Shown here: one piece after another, positions 53,100 through 64,000 of the stretch
How the letters are laid out: each line of letters starts with the position of its first letter
Numbering within the stretch: the first letter of the stretch is position 1
NCBI GenBank assembly: GCA_028826165.1
Contig: JAPDFW010000080.1
Span: 248,001 to 312,000 of the forward strand
Reading direction: 5' to 3'
Length of the DNA stretch: 64,000 nt
Source: Anaeramoeba ignava BMAN
Lineage: Eukaryota > Protista > Anaeramoebae
The notes under the pieces: model-generated
The model's database searches: none
Seen by the model: only the letters and a program-made list of their open reading frames with translations
What the model was told of the DNA's origin: nothing
Program-made: the position numbers and the translations under genes

Positions 53100-54300
53100 T
53101 TTAATAAAGTAAATATATTTTAATAAAATAAATATATTTTAATAAAGTAAATATATTTTAATAAAATAAATAAATTTGAATAAAATAAATATATTTTAAT
53201 AAAGTAAATAAAATTTAATAAAATAAATAAATTTTAATAAAGTAAATATATTTTAATAAAGTAAATATATTTTAATAAAGTAAATTTGAATAAAGTAAAA
53301 ATATTTTAATAAAGTAAATATATTTTAATAAAATAAATAAATTTGAATAAAATAAATATATTTTAATAAAGTAAATATATTTTAATAAAGTAAATAAAAT
53401 TTAATAAAGTAAAAATATTTTTAATAAAATAAATATATTTTAATAAAGTAAATAAATTTTAATAAAGTGAATAAATTTTAATAAAATAAATATATTTGAA
53501 TCAAAAATAAACATATTTGAATAAAATAAATAAAATTTAATAAAAATAAATATATTTTAATAAAGTAAATATATTTGAATAAAGTGAATATATTTGAATA
53601 AAGTAAATAAATTTGAATAAAGTAAATATATTTGAATAAAAATGAATATATTTTAATAAAGTAAATATATTTGAATAAAGTAAATATATTTTAATAAAGT
53701 AAAAATATTTGAATAAAGTAAATATATTTGAATAAAATAAATATATTTTAATAAAATAAATAAATTTGAATAAAGTGAATATATTTTAATAAAGTAAATA
53801 TATTTGAATAAAGTAAATAAAATTTAATAAAGTAAAAATATTTGAATAAAGTAAATATATTTTAATAAAGTAAATATATTTGAATAAAGTAAATAAAATT
53901 TAATAAAGTAAAAATATTTGAATAAAGTAAATAAATTTGAATAAAGTAAAAATATTTGAATAAAGTAAATAAATTTTAATAAAGTAAATATATTTGAATA
54001 AAAGTAAATATATTTTTGAAAAAGTAAATATATTTTAATAAAAGTAAATAAATTTTAATAAAGTAAATATATTTTAATAAAGTGAATATATTTGAATAAA
54101 GTAAATATATTTTAATAAAGTAAATATATTTGAATAAAGTAAATAAATTTTAATAAAGTAAATATATTTTAATAAAGTAAATAAAATTTAATAAAGTAAA
54201 TATATTTTAATAAAGTAAATAAAATTTAATAAAGTAAAAATATTTGAATAAAGTAAATATAATTTAATAAAGTAAATATATTTTAATAAAGTAAATAAAT
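53100..54300. repeat. Intergenic ~19-mer (AATAAAGTAAATATATTTT)n minisatellite
   Basis: Lies between the DENN 3' end and the USP20-like start. Confidence 0.93.
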
Positions 54301-54324
54301 TTCTTTTGGTTCTTGTTTTTCTGA

Positions 54325-57300
54325 TTATTTATCAAGAATAACATTCTCATCATTTATGAACGAAGTTTTCAAATCATCCAAAGAAGAAAGATTAATATTA
54401 TTTGAATTTTGATTTTGATTTGAATTTTGATTTAAATTTTGATTTTGATTTTGATTTTGATTTTGATTTTGATCATCAGAATTAAGTAACTTTGAAATAG
54501 TAGATAAATTATCACCCTTCTTTGTGCGCAAAGTTAATGCTGTACATTTACGAAGAAGTTCTTTACGAGCGGATTCTCTAAGTTTTGAGTTTGGATTATT
54601 TTTGGAATCTTCTTGAGAAATTGAATTATTTTCATTTTCTAAATTTCGAATAGTCCATTTTTTTGTTAACGGACTAAGAATAACATCTTTCATTTCCATC
54701 ATCAATTCTTCCTCTTTTTCCTCGTCTTTTGATTCATCTTTTTTGTTTGATTCCACTCTAAAAATTGGAAGAATTTCTGAATTTCCATCATTTGTATTTA
54801 TAAATCCATTAAATAATCGAATTCTATCTTCAACTCGAATTGCCGATTTAGGTGATTTGATTTTGCGTGTTTTTGGTGTGTTTTCGGGTGAGATATTCCT
54901 TTCATTCAAATGCCTCTCATTTTGTGATTTAATCCCATTTGTCATTGTTTTCATTTTTCTTTGTAATTCGTTTTGAATTTTTGGAAAATCATTTGGAGCT
55001 ATGTTGTTTGGGCTCAATTGATCTCGTGATTCTGCTTGTTTTTCAGGAATTTCACGAATATTTTTTGTATTGTTTGATTTTTTTCTTTCGATTTCCCCGC
55101 TTAATGGACTATTTGGTTTTTCTTGGGAAGTTTGTGAAGGCATTAAATATTTTGTTGGCTGAATTGTAGGTCTTCTTGGTCGATCCAATTTTGATTCTTG
55201 TGTTTGTGAGTTGGTATTTTTTCGATCTCCTCCTTTTAATTTTTTTAGTTTTGACATGAATGACCGATGTTGATTATTTTCGTCTGATGTTTGTCCATCT
55301 CCAAGTCGATTTTCAAATGTATCTTCAGATGTAACAAATCCATCTGTGATTATTTTTTCTCTTTCTCTTACCCATACTTCAAACATTTGTGTGTGGATAA
55401 AAACTTCGAGGAACTATTGAATTTGATTTAATTTGATTTAATTTTTTTGATTTGATTTTAATTTAATATTGATTTTGAATTGATTTGATTTGATTTGAAT
55501 TGATTTCGAATTGATTTGATTTGATTTGATTTAATTTTGATTTTGATTTGATTTGATATTGATTTGAATTGAATTGATTTGATTTAATTTAATTTGATTT
55601 GATTTAATTTAATTTGATTTGATTTAATATTGATTTGAATTGAATTGAATTAATTTAATTTAATTTTTTTGATTTGATTTTAATTTAATTTAATATTGAT
55701 TTAATTTGATTTGATTTGATTTAATTTAATTTGATTTGATTTTGATTTGATATTGATTTGATTTTGATTTTGATTTGATATTGATATTGAATTGAATTGA
55801 TTTGAATTGATTTAATTTGATTTGAATTTAATTTGATTTGATTTGATTTGATTTGATTTGATTTGATATTGATATTGATATTGATATTGATTTGATTTGT
55901 TTGATTTGATTTGAATTGAATTGATTTGATTTGAATTGATTTAATTTGATTTGAATTTAATTTGATTTGATTTGATTTGATTTGATTTGAATTAGAAAAT
56001 CACTTTTCTTGTTTTTCTTCTACGAGTTGAACTAAATTTTTCAAGGTTAAATTTATATTCTTTTGTTTGAGGATTAAGTTCCATAAAATTATAATAATCT
56101 CCAAAAATTTTGATAAAAAAGTCAAGAAAAGCTTCAACAATAAGATGTGTATTTAATGTTGTACCCTCTATTTTTAAGATTTATTTAAAGTATTTTTAAT
56201 ATTTATTTTTAATATTTATTTTAAATATTTATTTTTAATATTTTATTATTTTAAATATTTTTTATATTTATTAAAATTTTCTTTACTTTTCCAAATATCT
56301 TTTTCTTTTTTTATACATCTTAATAATTTTGCAGCTCTATGAGATGGAAGTAAAGCAATATCTGCAGGATCAAATTCAATCCAATTTCGATCCAAATCAA
56401 CATAAACAATTTGTTCTAAAGGTAATCTTTCAATAACAGGAATTAAACTACTATGAACTCCAGCAATAATTGGCATAGGAGAGCAAGTAACATCAACCAA
56501 AGATTCAGGAACAATTGGGATAAATACATGCTTTATTAAGTAATAATTGTTTTTTTTGATTAATTTTTTTTCTTTGTTTTGTTTTTGATTTTAAAAAAAA
56601 ATTGATTTATTTATCAACAAACATGCCAACGAAAAGGTTGAAGAAGTGCTACTGATGCATGAATTGCATTTGATAATAATTCAAGACTTGATGATGAAAA
56701 TAATATTCGTCTTTCAAAAAGAAGAGATGCAAATAAACATAAAATTCGTTGAGGATCTAAAGTTGCTAAAAGTGATTCTATATTGAACTGTTTTTAAAAA
56801 CAATATTTTTGATTTTCAAATAAATTTCCAAATAAATTGAAATAAATTTAATTGAAATAAATTTAATTGAAATAAATTTAATTTAAATAAATTTAATTGA
56901 AATAAATTTAATTTAGATAAATTTAATTGAAATAAATTTTGTTGAAATAAATTTAAATGAAATGAATTTAATTGAAATAAATTTAATTGAAATAAATTTA
57001 GTTGAAATAAATTTAATTTAAATAAATTTTGTTGAAATAAATTTAGTTGAAATAAATTTTGTTGAAATAAATTTAATTGAAATAAATTTTGTTGAAATAA
57101 ATTTAATTGAAATAAATTTAATTGAAATAAATTTAATTGAAATAAATTTAATTGAAATAAATTTAATTGAAATAAATTTAATTGAAATAAATTTTGTTGA
57201 AATAAATTTTGTTGAAATAAATTTTGTTGAAATAAATTTAATTGAAATAAATTTTGTTGAAATAAATTTAATTTAGATAAAATTTGTTGAAATAAATTTA

Positions 57301-58257
57301 ATTGAAATAAATTTTGTTGAAATAAATTTAATTGAAATAAATTTAATTGAAATAAATTTAATTGAAATAAATCTAATTGAAATTTTGAAGAAAATAGATT
57401 TTTCTTTATATAAAAAGATTGAATACCTCACCAAGTTGAGTTAAAGGTCTATTAATATGAAATTCTTCATCTGGTAAATTAATTGTAGCAGGAACAAATA
57501 AAGAAATACTATCACCAGGTTGAGGAGTTTTTTGATACCAAAGAACTCTCAAAAATGCAACAACTGCTCGAAATTTGATTTTTCTTCTAACTTCTACTAT
57601 TGTTAATAGTTTTTGAAATATTTTAAACAACGGACTTCAAATTTAAACAAATAATTTTAAATCAAAATTTTAAATCAAAATTTAAATCAAAATAAATTAT
57701 TTAGTTTCTTTCTTTCTTTCTTTCTTTCTTTCTTTTGGATTAAATTTTGTTTTTGTTTTTGTTTTTTTTTTGTTTTTGTTTTTGTTTTTGTTTTTGTTTT
57801 TGTTTTTTTTTTTACGTATAACTTAAAAATACTAAACATTCTTTAATATCAGGATTTAAAAAATAACGACGACAAACAGCATAAATTCGATCACCATTTT
57901 CAAGAGTTAATAAAAAAGAAAAAGATTCACTTTTTGAAATTTTTATAAATTAAATTTTTATAAATTAAATTTTTATAAATTAAATTTTTATAAATTAAAT
58001 TTTTATAAATTAAATTTTTTTAAATTAAATTTTTTTAAATTAAATTTTTACATAAAATGCTTTGAAGAACGTGCAATAATTTGTGCATCTGGAAAACAAA
58101 ATTGTTTCACTTTATGTTTTAAATCATCTTCTTTTAAAACTGGATAACTATATGGAACATTTATTGAAAAATTAACTTGATTATTTTGTGATTGATTTTG
58201 AGAATTTGTATTTTCAAGTCTAACAATATAAAATCTTAAAAAAAATTTTGAATTCAT
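54325..58257 (-). CDS. DENN-domain protein (Rab GEF family) with low-complexity C-terminal region
   Basis: QFCFPD, FSFLLTLENGDRIYAVCRR, FASLLFERRIIF, PFRW.HVFIP, CSPMPIIAGVHS, FIHTQMFEVW. Introns 58051-57930, 57815-57635, 57426-56788, 56622-56531, 56286-56168, 56003-55414. Confidence 0.93.
55418..55992. repeat. Intronic pentamer (ATTTG)n and variants
   Basis: DENN intron 6. Confidence 0.93.
56830..57382. repeat. Intronic 15-mer (AATAAATTTAATTGA)n
   Basis: DENN intron 3. Confidence 0.95.
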
Positions 58258-58282
58258 TTTAAAAAAAGAAATTAAAGAAATA

Positions 58283-58318
58283 AAAAATGAAAAATGAAAA
58301 AATGAAAAAATGAAAAAA
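58283..58318 (-). promoter_or_regulatory. Initiator-like array (4 copies) upstream of the DENN ATG
   Basis: Plus strand has AAAAATGA repeats ~25-60 nt upstream of the ATG at 58257. Confidence 0.5.
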
Positions 58319-58342
58319 TTTTTTTTTAATTTTTTAAAATTA

Positions 58343-60218
58343 TTATTTATTTTTTGATTTATTTGCAATTGCATTTTTGTTTACAAATGCAATTCCCTTT
58401 GAAAATGTAATTTTAGATTCTTGATCTCTATTAAATTTTCCATATTTTTGTTTTCTAAATTGTTCAAATTTTTTTTTTCTTAATGCTTTTCTTTTTTGTT
58501 TTGCAATTGTATTCATTGGAGCTGAATCAAATCCAAATTCTTTTCTTAATTTTTTCACTTGTTCTTCTTTTTTATGTTCTTTTTTCATCTTATTTACAAT
58601 GAATTTATAAGGAACTTTGCTTCCTTTCACTTTCTAATATATTTATTAATTTAATATATATTTATTAATTTAATATTTATTTATTAATTTAATATTTATT
58701 TATTAATTTAATATATATTTATTAATTTAATATTTATTTATTAATTTAATATATAATTATTAATTTAATATTTATTTATTAATTTAATATTTATTTATTA
58801 ATTTAAAATATATTTATTAATTTAATATATATTTATTAATTTAATATTTATTTATTAATTTAATATATATTTATTAATTTAATATTTATTTATTTAATTT
58901 AAAATATATTAATTTTTATTTTAATATTTATTTATTAATTTTAATATTTATTTATTTAATTAATTTTTATTTTATTTATTTAATTTAAAAATATTTTAAT
59001 ATTTTATTTTTATTTATATTTATTTATTAATTTAAAAATATTTTTATTAATTTGGTATTTATTAATTTAATATTTATTTATTAATTTTTAATATTTATTT
59101 TATTTAATTTAATATTTATTTTATTTAATTTTAATTTATTTATTTATTTTATTTTAATTTAATATTATTTATTTATTAATTTAATATTTATTTATTAATT
59201 TAATTTATTAATTTTATTTTTATTAATTTAATTAATTTTTATTTATTTTTATTTATATTTATTAATTTAATTTATTTTTTAATATATTTATTTATTAATT
59301 TTAATTTTTTTATTTTTTATTAATTTAATATTTATTTATTAATTTAATATATATTTATTAATTTTTATTTATATATTTATTAATTTTAAATATTTTTTAT
59401 TTAATTTAATATATTTATTCATTAATTTAATATTTATTTATTAATTTAATATTTATTTATTAATTTAATATTTATTTATTATAATTTTAAAAATATATTT
59501 ATTAATTTTTTAATATTTATTTTTTTTAATTTAATATTTATTTATTATTTTTAAAAATATATTTATTAATTTAAAATATATTTATTAATTTAATATTTAT
59601 TTATTAATTTAATATTTATTTATTAATTTAATATTTATTTATTAATTTAATATTTATTTATTAATTTAATATTTATTTATTAATTTAATATATATTTATT
59701 AATTTAATATATATTTATTAATTTAATATTTATTTATTAATTTAATATATTTATTAATTTAATATTTATTAGATAATCACTTTTCCACTTAATCGTGTAA
59801 AAATTTCGTTTTGTAAATCTTTTTTCTTTTTTCCACGAAGATTTTTTAAGTTAATTTCTTGAATATCTTTTTGAATTTTAGCAGTAGTACTTAAAATATC
59901 AAAATTTTGAGCTTCAATTAATGAATTTGTATTTATATTTGATTTTGATTTTGTATTTGAATTTGAATTTGAATTTGAATTTGAATTTGAATTTGAATTT
60001 GAATTTGAATTTGAATTTGAATTTATATTTGTATTTGAATTTGATTTTGTATTTGTATTTATATTTGTATTTGAATTTGTATTTGAATTTATTTTTGTAT
60101 TTATTTTTGAATTTGTTGGAGGAGCTTCTATAACAATAACATTTCTAATTGGTTTTTTAATTTGTTTTATTTTAAATTTATTTTGAGATTTTTGAATTTG
60201 TTTTGAAGAATTTAACAT
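58343..60218 (-). CDS. Basic protein resembling C1orf131/DUF4602 (40S biogenesis factor-like)
   Basis: Intron 59780-58634 joins ...LRGKKKKDLQNEIFTRLSGK to KVKGSKVPYKF in frame. Begins with a VIVIEAP motif and is K/R-rich. Family assignment is from recalled motif similarity only. Confidence 0.55.
58636..59770. repeat. Intronic ~19-mer (ATTTATTAATTTAATATTT)n
   Basis: Intron of the 58343-60218 gene; degenerate in the middle. Confidence 0.9.
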
Positions 60219-60702
60219 AATTTTTATTTATTTTATTTAATTTAAAAAGGAAAAAAAAAGAGGAAAAAAATCTAAAAAGAAAAATGAAAAAAATATTTTT
60301 CTCCATTTTTTTTTAATTTAAATTTTTTTTTTTTAATTTGATCTTTTTTTATTTTTTTTATTTTATTTTAAATTATAAATGAGGGCAAAGTAATCGTTAA
60401 TTAAAATTAAAATTTAAAATTAAAATTAAATTTTTTTATTTTTCCGTTTTTATTTAAAATTTTTATTTTTAAAAATGACAATTACAAATTAAAAATTAAA
60501 TTAATAATTAAATTATTAAATTAAATTACAATTTAATATTTAAAATAAAAAAATTTCAAATAATAATTTTTTTTTTCATTTTTATTCTTTTCATTTTTTT
60601 TTTTTAAATATTTTTTTTTTATATTATTTTTTTATTGATAAAAAATAATTTTTTTTTAATTATTTTTTTTTAATTATTTTTTTTAAAAAATTTTCAACTT
60701 AA

Positions 60703-63700
60703 ATGATGATGGGAACTTCACAAAAAGCACAAGAATTTCAACAATTTGAAAGACCATTCTTTTCAAATTATTCATTTCAACCAAATTATAAAACTTCAAC
60801 AGAAACAACACAATTTAATTCAGAAACATTGGAATCTTCAATATTTAAGTAAGAAATAAAATAATATTTTAAATTATTATTTTTTTAAATTATTATTTTT
60901 TTAATTTTGCTTTTTTTTCTTTTTTTATTTTTTTTTTATTTAAAAATTATAAAATTATTTAATTATAAAATTATTTAATTATAAAATTATTTATTTATAA
61001 AATTATTTTATTTAATTATAAAATTATTTTATAATTAAAAAATTAATTATAAATTATTTATAAAATTATTTATAAAATTATTTAATTATTTATTTATAAA
61101 ATTATTTATTTATAAAATTATTTAATTATTTAATTATAAAATTAATTATAAAATTATTTTATAAAATTATTTATAAAATTATTTATAAAAATTATTTAAT
61201 TATTTAATTATTTATTTATAAAATTATTTAATTATTTAATTATTTAATTATTTAATTTATTTAATTTATAAAATTATTTATTTATTAAATTTTATTTAAT
61301 TATTTAATTAAAATTATTTTTAAAATTATTTATTAAATTATTTAATTATTTAATTATTTAAAAATTATTTATAAAATTATAAAATTAATTATAAAATTAT
61401 TTAATTATAAAATTATTTATAAAATTAATTATAAAATTATTTATTAAATTATTTTAATTTTTATAAAATTAATTATAAAATTATTATTTTTAAATTATAA
61501 ATTTTTATTTTAATTTATAAAATTATTTAATTATAAAATTATTTAATTATAAAATTATTTAAAATTATAAAATTATTTATTTATAAAATTAATTAATTAT
61601 TTAATTATTTAATTATTTATAAAATTAATTATAAAATTAATTATAAATTTATTTATAAAATTAATTATAAAATTATTTATAAAATTAATTATAAAATTAA
61701 ATATAAAATTATTTATAAAATTATTTAAAATTATTTATAAAATTATTTATAAAATTATTTATAAAATTATTTATAAAATTATTTATAAAATTATTTATAA
61801 AATTATTTATAAAATTATTTATAAAAATTATTTATAAAATTATTTATAAAATTATTTATAAAATTATTTATAAAATTATTTATAAAATTATTTATAAAAT
61901 TATTTAATTATTTAATTATTTAATTATTTAATTATAAAATTATTTATAAAATTAATTATATAAAATTATTTAAAAATTTAATTATAAAATTATTTTAATT
62001 ATTTAATTATAAAATTATTTAATTATTTAATTATAAAATTATTTATTTATAAAATTATAAAATTATTTATAAAATTAATTATAAAATTATTTAATTATAA
62101 AATTATTTAATTATAAAATTATTTATAAAATTAATTATAAAATTATTTATTAAATTATTTAATTATTTATTTATAAAATTATTTATAAAATTAATTATAA
62201 AATTATTTATTAAATTATTTATTTATTTATTTATAAATTTGTTTATTAATTAAAATAGACAAAAGAAAAAATCTCCAGATTTCGAAACCCAAGATTTAGA
62301 ACAACATCAAAAATATAAATTCTATAGAACAAAATCAGAAAACAATCGAACTAAAAATTCAAGACATTTCAGAGATACATTTATCAATAAAAACCAAATA
62401 AAAATTAAAGAAAATTCTCCAGACGAAAATCAAATTAGCATTCGCAATTCTTCACCACATTCTCTTGAAAATTCACACGATCGAAATCATAGTTATTCTC
62501 GAGACAAAGAACAATTTTTCGAAAACGGAAAATACAATTCATACCCAAGAAATATTAAAAAGAGTCGGATAAAAAAATATGAAAGTAAACCATTCCACAA
62601 TAAAAATCGAAGTTATCGAAGAGAAAGCAAACAAGAGACAATTACATCGAAACGTTATAATTCGTATCATTCGCGCAGTTCATACAAATTATATGATTCG
62701 TATAGACCTCAAATAATATCACATTCAAATCATCAATCAAAACAGGTTATTGATTACGATGTTATTCAAGGATCACCGCGTTTCAAGAGAAACTCGAAAT
62801 CTCCACCAAATCCTCGATCAGGAAATAACCTGAACAATCGAGAAATGATAAAATATGATGAAGAACTAACTTCAAGATCTTATAAAGAAGGGGATTTTTT
62901 TATTGACACCAAAGACGGATTGCAATATTATTCAATGGATTATTCCGTTCCTGAACAACGCTTTAACTCATCAGAAATTTCTCCGACAGACACTAATCGT
63001 CAGGATGATCTCCATAAATTTTCTCCTGAAGCCAATGGACATACACAACATGCTAACAATAATACCCAATCCTTGTTGAGTCCTCACACTCCTGAGCCTG
63101 ATAACCAAATCGAAAAGAAATCTAATTCTGCTAAGCAAGTCCAAATTCAAGAAAGCCAAAAATCATCTGATTTAGAATGTAAATTCCCTCAATTACCAAC
63201 TTCTCATCAAGTTTTGGAGTCAATGAATAAAATGGATTCCCAAATTTCAGAAACTGAAAATTTGGTTTGCTTTCTTCGTAAATATTCGGAAGAATGTCAA
63301 AAACGGAATTTCTTTTCTATAATTGATCAAACTCAGCAAATATTGAATCAAAGTTTAGAAATTTCCAAAAATATTCATAATTCTGTTGAGCAATTTCTTG
63401 AGCCAATTGATGTAATTTTATTTTATTTTATTTTATTTTATTTTATTTTTAATTTTTAATTTTAATTATTTTATTTTTAATTATTTCAGGATAAAGAAAA
63501 AGAAAATATTCTTGATCCTTTCCAGAACAAACTTGATTCACAAATGGTTTCGAAAATTGAAAAGAAAATTAAAACAAAAATGTTATTTGAACAATTACTT
63601 GAAAGAAATCTTGAAACAAACTTTATACAATGTGAATGTAGATGGAAAAAGAAGATGGAGAAATCGCAACCAAGAAAATCTTCTCGAGTAAGAAATGAAA

Positions 63701-64000
63701 ATAAATTAAAATAATTAAACAAATTAAAATAATTAAACAAATTAAAATAATTAAACAAATTAAAATAAATTAACAAATTAAAATAAATTAAAATAATTAA
63801 ATAAATTAAACTAATTAAAATAATTAAATAAATTAAAATAATTAAATAAATTAAAATAATTAAACAAATTAAAATAAATAAACAAATTAAAATAAATAAA
63901 CAAATTAAAATAATTAAACAAATTAAAATAATTAAATAAATTAAAATAATTAAATAAATTAAAATAAATAAATAAATTAAAATAAATAAACAAATTAAAA
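60703..64000 (+). CDS. NCoR/SMRT/Snt1-like corepressor, N-terminal part (continues beyond the window)
   Basis: Exons 60703-60848, 62259-63411, 63490-63687. QVLESMNKMDSQISETE, QQILNQSLEISKNIH and RWKKKMEK resemble the NCoR coiled/GPS2-interacting region in order and spacing. SANT domains are expected downstream but not visible. Confidence 0.55.
60945..62245. repeat. Intronic (TTATTTATAAAA)/(TTATTTAA) satellite
   Basis: NCoR-like intron 1. Confidence 0.92.
63700..64000. repeat. Intronic 18-mer (AATTAAAATAATTAAACA)n
   Basis: NCoR-like intron 3. Confidence 0.92.

Noticed and set aside
53100-54300. Regular arrays as CRISPR or telomeric repeats
   Set aside because: They are head-to-tail units with no unique spacers and no cas genes, are not G-rich, and are internal to a eukaryotic chromosome.
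1-64000. Inteins, transposons or introner elements
   Set aside because: No Hint motifs (N-terminal Cys with C-terminal HN), transposase/RT motifs, terminal inverted repeats or shared unique intron sequence were seen.

Overview
Very AT-rich, gene-dense eukaryotic (protist) chromosome segment that uses the standard genetic code. I reconstruct 17 protein-coding genes and 41 complete GT-AG introns by hand, using reading-frame continuity and protein motifs. The genes are: a USP9X/24/34-type deubiquitinase (runs off the left edge), a pseudokinase+PARP-like fusion, Ras, RPB11, an Osm1/Frd1-type fumarate reductase, an LRR protein, a GATAD1-like protein, an MSP-domain membrane protein, an HMG-box protein, a CH+multi-PH protein, an FHA-CAMK kinase, Piezo, RPS18, a USP20/33-like protein, a DENN protein, a C1orf131/DUF4602-like protein and an NCoR-like protein (runs off the right edge). 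Most ORF-track entries are artefacts of AT satellites that fill the long introns and three intergenic spacers. The style (N/Q/I/E coding repeats, satellite-filled introns, TCAY initiator-like motifs) suggests an Anaeramoeba-like metamonad, but this is inference only. The main unexplained signals are: strand-specific tandem arrays of an initiator-like T(n)CAT motif before start codons; an extremely degenerate splice code (13/41 AAG acceptors, no consensus donor); intron satellites whose unit is shared locally within a gene; a CH protein with tandem SCAB1-like PH modules; and a doubly degenerate kinase-PARP fusion. I saw no RNA genes, inteins, transposases or CRISPR arrays.
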